From the NCBI GenBank assembly GCA_963807085.1, contig CAWEBB010000026.1, positions 314 to 64,313 of the forward strand: a DNA stretch of 64,000 bases, written 5' to 3'. How positions within the stretch are numbered: position 1 is the first letter of the stretch; each line of letters starts with the position of its first letter. Below, piece after piece: positions 57,739 through 64,000 of the stretch. The position numbers and the translations under genes were made by a program. Below the pieces are notes generated by a model. The model was not told where the DNA came from. It did no database searches and worked only from the letters and a program-made list of their open reading frames with translations. The DNA is from an uncultured Alphaproteobacteria bacterium. GTDB lineage: Bacteria > Pseudomonadota > Alphaproteobacteria > Bin95.

Positions 57739-58569
57739 TCAGACCGGCCGTTCGCCCTTGATGGTGACGCGGTGGCCTTTGCGCTCTTCCGGCCAGTAGT
57801 CCCACATGGCCAGATGCTGGGCGCAGCGATTGTCCCAAAAGGCCATATCATTGACCTCCCACTTGTGCCGCACCTGGAAGCGCTCCCCTGCCATGTGCCG
57901 GCAGAGGAAGCCCAGGATCGCATCGCTCTCCGGTCTGGTCAGCCCCTTGATTCTGGTGGTGAAGGCGCCGTTCACGTAAAGCGCCTTTTTGCCGGTCACG
58001 GGATGGGTGCGCACCACCGGATGCACCGCGCTCGGATAGACCTTGCCCGCATCGTCCACGCCCCGATCGGAGTAACGGCCGCGGTAGATGTGCTCGCTCT
58101 CATGCACGGCCTGAAGGGGCCCGAGAAATTCCTTCATCTCGTCTGAAAGCGCGTCATAAGCCGCATACATGCTGGCGAACAGCGTGTCGCCGCCAGTGGA
58201 CGGCAGTTGGTGCAATTGCAGCATGGTGCCGAGCGGTGGTTCCTCATCGCAACTCACATCGGTGTGCCAGACGCTGCCGTTGGCGATCTTCGAGTCCTTG
58301 TGCGTGTGGATCACGAAGATCTCCGGATAGTCCGGGTGCGTGGGCGCAGCGGGATGGACATGCAGATCGCCGAAGCGGCGGCCGAGCGCGATCTGTTTGT
58401 CCGGCGGGATAGGCTGCTGCTCTTTGAAGAACACCACCAGATGGTCGGCGAAAGCCTGGTGGATTTCGTCGAACTGCTGGTTGGAGACGTCCCGCGTCAG
58501 GTCGATGCCGCGGATCTCCGCCCCGATCGTCGGGTTCAGCGGCTTCACGTCGAGGGTTTGATAGCTCAT
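57739..58569 (-). CDS. TauD/TfdA-family Fe(II)/2-oxoglutarate-dependent dioxygenase
   Basis: 276 aa from ATG 58569; WHTDVSCDEEPPLGTMLQL...GGDTLFASM...RVTIKGERP: H-x-D...H facial triad context of taurine dioxygenase relatives. Confidence 0.8.
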   Translation of the reverse strand: MSYQTLDVKPLNPTIGAEIRGIDLTRDVSNQQFDEIHQAFADHLVVFFKEQQPIPPDKQIALGRRFGDLHVHPAAPTHPDYPEIFVIHTHKDSKIANGSVWHTDVSCDEEPPLGTMLQLHQLPSTGGDTLFASMYAAYDALSDEMKEFLGPLQAVHESEHIYRGRYSDRGVDDAGKVYPSAVHPVVRTHPVTGKKALYVNGAFTTRIKGLTRPESDAILGFLCRHMAGERFQVRHKWEVNDMAFWDNRCAQHLAMWDYWPEERKGHRVTIKGERPV

Positions 58570-58594
58570 GGCGCTCGCCCTTCTCCGTCCGCAA

Positions 58595-59428
58595 TCAATA
58601 GGGGCGGTCGCCGGCAACGGTGACCCGATAGCCGCTCCGCACCTGGGGAAAGTAGTCCCACATGGCCAGATGCTGCACGGCCCGGTTGTCCCAGAACGCC
58701 ACCGAGTCCTTTGCCCAGGAGAAGCGGCAAACGAACTGCTCTTTGCGGTTATGGGCGTAAAGGAATTCGAGAATGGCTTTGCTCTCGTCCTCCGGGATGC
58801 CGATGATGTACTGCGTGAATACCGGGTTGACGAAAATGCCCTTCTTGCCGGTCACCGGATGGGTGCGGATCACCGGGTGGTCGGCGTGCGGGAACTGCCT
58901 GGTGTCGTCCTTGCCGTCGATGCGGGCGCGGCGGTTATAGTTCGGCGTGCCGTCGTGCCGTGCGGTCAGGCCGCCAAGGAACTGCTTCATCGGCTCGCTC
59001 AAAGCCTCATAGGCGGCGTTGGAGCTGGCGAACAGCGTGTCGCCACCGCTCGGCGGAACGGTATGCAGATGCAGGATGGAGCCCATCGGCGGCTCCGGAT
59101 CGCACGACACATCGGAATGCCAGCGGTGGCCGGCTACCTGTTTCGAGTTCTCGTCGGCGTGGATGCGCAGGATCTCCGGGTGCCCTTCCGGCCCCGGCGC
59201 CGACGGATGAATGTGCAGCGGGCCGAAGCGGCGGCCGAAATCCTTGTGCTGCTCCAGGGTCATGTCCTGGTCGCGAAAAAAGATGACCTGGTGGGCCATC
59301 AGCGCGTCGTGGATTTCCTGGAACTGCTGGTTTCCGAGCGGCTCCGCCAGCTTCACGCCGTGCACCTCGGCGCCAACGGTCGGGGTCAGCGGCCGGACTT
59401 CGATGGTTTCGTAATGGATCGCGGACAT
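58595..59428 (-). CDS. TauD/TfdA-family Fe(II)/2-oxoglutarate-dependent dioxygenase (tandem paralogue)
   Basis: 277 aa; WHSDVSCDPEPPMGSILHL...GGDTLFASS...; roughly 45-50% identical to the neighbour by eye. Confidence 0.8.
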   Translation of the reverse strand: MSAIHYETIEVRPLTPTVGAEVHGVKLAEPLGNQQFQEIHDALMAHQVIFFRDQDMTLEQHKDFGRRFGPLHIHPSAPGPEGHPEILRIHADENSKQVAGHRWHSDVSCDPEPPMGSILHLHTVPPSGGDTLFASSNAAYEALSEPMKQFLGGLTARHDGTPNYNRRARIDGKDDTRQFPHADHPVIRTHPVTGKKGIFVNPVFTQYIIGIPEDESKAILEFLYAHNRKEQFVCRFSWAKDSVAFWDNRAVQHLAMWDYFPQVRSGYRVTVAGDRPY

Positions 59429-59676
59429 AAGCTGTTCCTTTGCGGCGGGATCTTCCTCGACTGGACGAGGATTGTTGGTTGTTGGGGACGATTACATCAC
59501 CGGCGACGTGCTCTGACCAGCCCCGTCTTTCCGAAAGGCGAATCTTGAGCCAAACAATTGGCGCAATGAAAGCTTGTCTCGTTTAATGACGGCTCTCAAG
59601 GGCGGCTCTGGCGTTGAGCGCCGCAGGCACCTATTCTTGCCGGAAATGAAACCGCACATGCACGAGGATCGCCCCG

Positions 59677-60843
59677 ATGGTTCAACCCCGCCTGCCGCTT
59701 GAAGGCATCAAGGTCGTCGAAGTCGGCCAGGCCCTGGCCGGCCCGCTCTCCGGCGTCATCCTGGCCGATCTGGGAGCCGAGGTGATCAAGATCGAAAAGC
59801 CGGGTGGCGGCGACGATGCCCGGCTGTGGGGACCGATGGCGACGGAAGACGCCTCGCTGATGTTCAACGCCACCAACCGCTCAAAAAAATCGGTGATCCT
59901 GGACCTGAAAGCACCGGAGGACCTGGAGAAGCTATACGCCCTGATCGGCGAGGCCGACATCTGCATCCAGAACCTGCGTGCCGGCGTGGCGGACAAGGGC
60001 GGCTTCGGCGCGGCCGACCTGATGGCGGTCAACCCGCGCCTGATCTATTGCCAGATCTCTGCGTTCGGCAGCGAGGGGCCGCTTGCCCTGCATCCGGGCA
60101 TGGACCCGCTGGCGCAGGCCTATGGCGGCGTCATGACCCTGACCGGCCGGGCGGACGATCCGCCCACCTTCTGCGCCCCCGCGATCAACGACACTGCGAC
60201 CGGCATGTGGGCCGTCATCGGCGCGCTGGCGGCGCTGGAGGAGCGGCGGCATACGGGCAAGGGCAAGGCCATCGGCTGCTCGCTGTTTGAAAGCGCGGTG
60301 CAATGGGTGAACGGACCATTGAATGCCTATCTGCACAACGGCACCGCGCCGGTGCGCACCGGAGCCGCCTCGCCGAACCTGATTCCTTATCAGGTGTTCG
60401 AGACCGCCGACCGCCCGATCTGCCTGGCCGCGGGCAATAACCGCCTGTTTCTGCGGTTCGCCGAGGCCGTGGGCAAGCCTGAATGGTGCGAGGACGCCCG
60501 TTTCAACGCGCCCGGCGCCCGGTCCGATAATCGCGAGACCCTGGTCCCGCTGATCGCCGAAGTGTTGGCGACCGACACCTGCGCCGCCTGGATCGAGCGG
60601 CTGGAAGCGGTGGGCGTGCCCTGCTCGCCCGTGAACGACATTCCGGCCCTTGCCGAGTCCGAGCAACTGGCGGCGGTCAAGATGGTGCAGCCGGTGCCGG
60701 GCCAAAATTTCACCGTCACCGGCCTGCCGATCACGCTGGATGGCGAGCGACCGCCGATCCGCGCGGCCTCCCCCCGCCTCGGCGAGCATACGGACGAGGT
60801 GCTGGACGCGCTGAATAGGGGCGGGGCGAAGGCCGCCCAATAA
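59677..60843 (+). CDS. CoA-transferase family III (CaiB/BaiF) protein
   Basis: 388 aa; LEGIKVVEVGQALAGPLSGVILADLGAEVIKIEKPGGGD. Confidence 0.85.
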   Translation: MVQPRLPLEGIKVVEVGQALAGPLSGVILADLGAEVIKIEKPGGGDDARLWGPMATEDASLMFNATNRSKKSVILDLKAPEDLEKLYALIGEADICIQNLRAGVADKGGFGAADLMAVNPRLIYCQISAFGSEGPLALHPGMDPLAQAYGGVMTLTGRADDPPTFCAPAINDTATGMWAVIGALAALEERRHTGKGKAIGCSLFESAVQWVNGPLNAYLHNGTAPVRTGAASPNLIPYQVFETADRPICLAAGNNRLFLRFAEAVGKPEWCEDARFNAPGARSDNRETLVPLIAEVLATDTCAAWIERLEAVGVPCSPVNDIPALAESEQLAAVKMVQPVPGQNFTVTGLPITLDGERPPIRAASPRLGEHTDEVLDALNRGGAKAAQ

Positions 60844-61054
60844 TCGCCCCTGCCCTTCCCCTGCGGGCCTCGCTTCATCGAGGCCGGTTCGGCGGCGGAT
60901 GGATGTCCATCCGTCGCGATCACAGTATTGTGTTTGCGAAAAGAACGGGGTCCCGGATTGAGAGGCAAGGGCCGGAGAGCCACTTCGGTAAGTCAGGGTT
61001 GGGGGCTTTCAGGCCTCGCCGGCGAGTCAACGGTGGCGAGACGAAAGGAATCTT

Positions 61055-61564
61055 ATGATCGACAAACTGTTTTGTGCGGCCGCGCTTTCCGCAGGTATCG
61101 TTCTGACGGCGCCGGCCGCCGGTGCGGATGAGGCACAAACCACAATGCACAACAGCTCGGGTGAAGAGGTAGGATCGGTAACACTGGTCCCAACGGAAAA
61201 CGGCGTCCTGTTGCATGCGAAGCTCGAGAATATGCCGGAAGGCACGCACGCCTTTCATATCCACGAGACGGGGCAGTGTGATCCGCCGTCGTTCACATCG
61301 GCCGGCGGTCACCATAACCCGACTGCGGCGGACCATGGCTTCTTCTCCAACGGCGGCGTTCACGCGGGCGACATGCCGAATATCCATGTGCCGGCATCGG
61401 GCTCCTTGGAAATCGAGGTGCTGAATGTTTGGGTCGGGCTGGACGGCTTGCTGCTGGATGACGACGGTGCGGCGATCGTCGTTCATGAAGGCGCCGACGA
61501 CTACCGAACCGACCCGGCCGGTGATGCCGGCTCCCGCATAGCCTGCGGCGTCATCAAATATTGA
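61055..61564 (+). CDS. sodC: Periplasmic Cu/Zn superoxide dismutase
   Basis: 169 aa; signal peptide; HAFHIHETGQCDPPSFTSAGGHHNP...GDAGSRIACGVI. Confidence 0.9.
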   Translation: MIDKLFCAAALSAGIVLTAPAAGADEAQTTMHNSSGEEVGSVTLVPTENGVLLHAKLENMPEGTHAFHIHETGQCDPPSFTSAGGHHNPTAADHGFFSNGGVHAGDMPNIHVPASGSLEIEVLNVWVGLDGLLLDDDGAAIVVHEGADDYRTDPAGDAGSRIACGVIKY

Positions 61565-61828
61565 TCCGCCGGATCAACGCCGGCAGCTTGTGCGCATATG
61601 CCACGAGCAGCCGGGCACCAGTTGAAGCGGGGCTCACTGGGCGGCCGCCGGTGCGCGACGCCTCGATCGGTCCCGGCAAGCATGAGGAGGCGGTTTTGGG
61701 TGCCCTGGAGGGTGCGGGGAAAGCGGCGGAGTAGGCCACGCTACATTACCGCACATAGGCAAGCGGAAGCCTGGCTGCTGTAGATACTCGCAACGCGGCC
61801 CCGATACTGCTGGCGGCTTTAAAGCCTT

Positions 61829-62440
61829 ATGACAAACCCTGCCCCCTCTCCCGAAGCCTCTCCCGAAGCGGTGCCCGCGAAAGAAGCGCCCACAACAGCC
61901 CCGCCGCCGAAGCGCAAGAACCGCGGTCCGGCGATCTTTGCGCTGTCGCTCATGATCGTCTCGGGCGGGCTCTGCTGGATCCTCTATGGCTGGGAGACGG
62001 TGCGGCACGTGCTGTTCAACGATTGGGAGCTGATGATCAACGTGCTGCCGCGCATGGCGCTGGGCGTTCTGATCTATGGCTTTCTGACCGTGCTCATTCC
62101 ACGGGACTGGGTGGCCAAACACATGGGGCACGAGGCCGGCTGGAAGGGTTTGGCGATCGGCCTGCTGGCGGGCGCGGTGGCGCCGGGCGGGCCGTGGGTG
62201 ATCTATCCGCTGGCGGTCATGCTGATCCGGTTTGGCGCCGAAGTGGGGGCGGTCGTGACCTTCATGATGTCGTGGAGCTTGCTTGGCATGAACCGGTTCC
62301 TGGTTTGGGAGGTTTCGTTTCTGGGCGAGGATATCGCTGCCATGCGGCTGCTGGTGGGCCTGCCCTTCCCCATTCTGGCGGGGCTGGCGGTGCGCTGGTT
62401 CTGGCGCGAGCAGCAATGGCCGCGGGTGTACCGGGAGTAA
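61829..62440 (+). CDS. Putative permease, N-terminal component of a two-gene DUF318-type permease
   Basis: 203 aa, 5-6 TM; the low-complexity N-terminus may mean the true start is internal. Confidence 0.55.
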   Translation: MTNPAPSPEASPEAVPAKEAPTTAPPPKRKNRGPAIFALSLMIVSGGLCWILYGWETVRHVLFNDWELMINVLPRMALGVLIYGFLTVLIPRDWVAKHMGHEAGWKGLAIGLLAGAVAPGGPWVIYPLAVMLIRFGAEVGAVVTFMMSWSLLGMNRFLVWEVSFLGEDIAAMRLLVGLPFPILAGLAVRWFWREQQWPRVYRE

Positions 62441-62463
62441 GGCCGCGGGGCTAAGGACGAAGC

Positions 62464-62952
62464 ATGGGAATCTCCACCATTATCCTGATTGCGGCCGTGG
62501 TCGGTATGGGTCTGGCGGTACTGGTTCATCCGGAGCGCACGCTGGGCGAGGCGCTGAAGATTTCCGGAAAGCAGGCGTTGTTCCTGATCCCTGTGATCAT
62601 TCCCGCCATCATCTCGGCCGGGTTCGTCGCGCAGCTCCTGCCCAGCGAGGAAATTGGCCGGTGGGTGGGCGCGGACTCGGGTTTTACAGGTGCGATGATC
62701 GCCGCCGCTTTCGGCGCGCTGATGCCGACCGGGCCGATGCTGATCCTGCCGGTGGTGGCGGCCCTGCTGAGCGCCAATGCGGGCGAGGCGCAGATGCTGG
62801 CGCTGCTAACCGCCTGGATGATGATGAACGTGCAGCGCCTGGTGCTTTACGACCTGCCGCTGGCGGGCTTCCCCCTGACCGCAAGGCGTTACAGCATGGG
62901 CCTGATCGCAACCCCGCTTGCGGCATTGCTCGCGCTGGCGGTGGTGGGATAG
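62464..62952 (+). CDS. Putative permease, C-terminal component of the two-gene DUF318-type permease
   Basis: 162 aa, 4-5 TM, own AAGGA RBS 24 nt after the upstream stop. Confidence 0.55.
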   Translation: MGISTIILIAAVVGMGLAVLVHPERTLGEALKISGKQALFLIPVIIPAIISAGFVAQLLPSEEIGRWVGADSGFTGAMIAAAFGALMPTGPMLILPVVAALLSANAGEAQMLALLTAWMMMNVQRLVLYDLPLAGFPLTARRYSMGLIATPLAALLALAVVG

Positions 62953-62976
62953 GCCTCTTTCGTCAAACTCAATGCT

Positions 62977-63876
62977 TCAATACTTGAACTGGTTCTCTCG
63001 ATGCCACGCCAAGAAACGCGGATGTGGCTTGTCGGATTCTCGTTCGGGGCGATTGATGAAGCCGTTCTTATTGATGATTGCATGAATTGCTGACAAGTCG
63101 TTTACCTGACGGGAAATTAGAACCTCAAGATTGTCAGCAATGCTTATTAATCCGCGGTCGAACATCCAGTGCGCGGTACCGGACAATGCGATGCCATTCG
63201 TTAAAATGTCCGGCCCATTGTTCTCGACAGGTTGAATATGGGCAGCTTCAACCTCTGCCCGTCCACCTCCATTAATCAGTTTGAGACTGGTAATAGCACA
63301 GCGTTCGTCATAGGCGGCAAGCACAATTTGCCGAAAATTTCGATCACGAACGATGCGCGATCCTAGATATTCTGAACGCTCGCGTTCGTTGTAAAAATAT
63401 GGCGGCGAATCGAATTCGGATAGGCCGTCGACAGGGAGATTATCGTCAAGTCGCGGTAACAAAGAAGCAGAGGTGCGGAGACCGAGGTTTATAATCCGGT
63501 CAAAATCCGCTACTGGAATAGTACGCACAGCGGCCTGCGCGCGTCCTGATACGCTCCCACCCTTATTCAACACGCTACGTTCTGGAACACCATAAGTGCT
63601 GCGGAATGGAACCGGGCTACCAAACTCCAGATAGCTGCTCTTTTCGATGATCGCGATAAACATTTTCGGGATTGTTGGATCCGGAACTATCTCTTGGACC
63701 TTGGCGAGGGCGAAATATCCCTTTGAACGCTTCACCTTGGATGGCTCAAGATAGATTATCCAATCGCCTACGCATTGTTGTGCTCGGCTCAGGTAATTTT
63801 GAGGAAACTGGTATTGCTCAGAGGGTATGTCTTCGTAAACTGAATCTGACCGGTGGATGAATACGCCTTTGGCCAT
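62977..63876 (-). CDS. HNH-family endonuclease with uncharacterised N-terminal domain (possible modification-dependent/type IV restriction enzyme)
   Basis: 299 aa from ATG 63876; C-terminal HNH motif EVEAAHIQPVENNGPDILTNGIALSGTAHWMFDRGLISI. N-terminal ~150 aa (VFIHRSDSVYEDIPSEQYQFPQNYL...GDWIIYLEP) look like a DNA-recognition module. Gene is ~47-50% GC against a ~65% background. Confidence 0.65.
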   Translation of the reverse strand: MAKGVFIHRSDSVYEDIPSEQYQFPQNYLSRAQQCVGDWIIYLEPSKVKRSKGYFALAKVQEIVPDPTIPKMFIAIIEKSSYLEFGSPVPFRSTYGVPERSVLNKGGSVSGRAQAAVRTIPVADFDRIINLGLRTSASLLPRLDDNLPVDGLSEFDSPPYFYNERERSEYLGSRIVRDRNFRQIVLAAYDERCAITSLKLINGGGRAEVEAAHIQPVENNGPDILTNGIALSGTAHWMFDRGLISIADNLEVLISRQVNDLSAIHAIINKNGFINRPERESDKPHPRFLAWHRENQFKY

Positions 63877-64000
63877 TTTGCTACCAAATGGGTGGGGTTG
63901 GCCTGGATATGATAACCATAAATTGAGCAGAGGAAAGCCAGAACATGAAAGAATGCGCAACGGGTTACGGACTGGTCGAAGGGCCGGTCTGGCACAAGGA

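Overview
High-GC (~65%) alphaproteobacterial chromosome segment, mostly core genome. Positions ~8.4-26.9 kb carry the complete str-S10-spc-alpha ribosomal superoperon on the minus strand, in the order rpsL-rpsG-fusA-tuf-rpsJ-rplCDWB-rpsS-rplV-rpsC-rplP-rpmC-rpsQ | rplNXE-rpsNH-rplFR-rpsE-rpmD-rplO-secY-adk-rpsMK-rpoA-rplQ. Upstream are a partial AsmA-family gene, glnE, an MFS transporter, a rhomboid protease and xthA. The middle of the window carries a yejABEF-type peptide ABC importer whose B/E/F genes are riddled with frameshifts, an inositol-monophosphatase-family gene, a membrane-anchored cytochrome c with a 27-bp tandem-repeat tail, a putative IS481-family transposase remnant, DUF484-xerC, transaldolase, priA, and the F1 ATP synthase operon atpHAGDC on the plus strand. 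The last 19 kb is accessory-like. It holds a GrdB/PrdB-family reductase gene interrupted by an in-frame TGA at a UxxC motif (candidate selenoprotein) followed by a family-III CoA-transferase; a lower-GC arylsulfatase islet; MFS and GMC-oxidoreductase genes; a secreted CHRD-domain protein with a VPxPA/PEP-CTERM-like tail; an ECF sigma/RskA anti-sigma pair next to DUF1028 and two tandem TauD/TfdA dioxygenases; a second CoA-transferase; sodC; a two-gene DUF318-type permease; and a low-GC HNH endonuclease at the window edge. Single-base frameshifts also hit essential genes (rplX, atpG, atpD), so the assembly probably contains indel errors and every pseudogene call here is provisional. No rRNA, tRNA or CRISPR arrays were seen. 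All protein-family calls are from reading the translations by eye. The in-frame TGA at a UxxC motif (candidate selenoprotein) with its CoA-transferase partner is the most interesting single signal; the ECF-sigma/DUF1028/TauD cluster and the edge HNH nuclease are the other leads, and none amounts to a clearly novel system.
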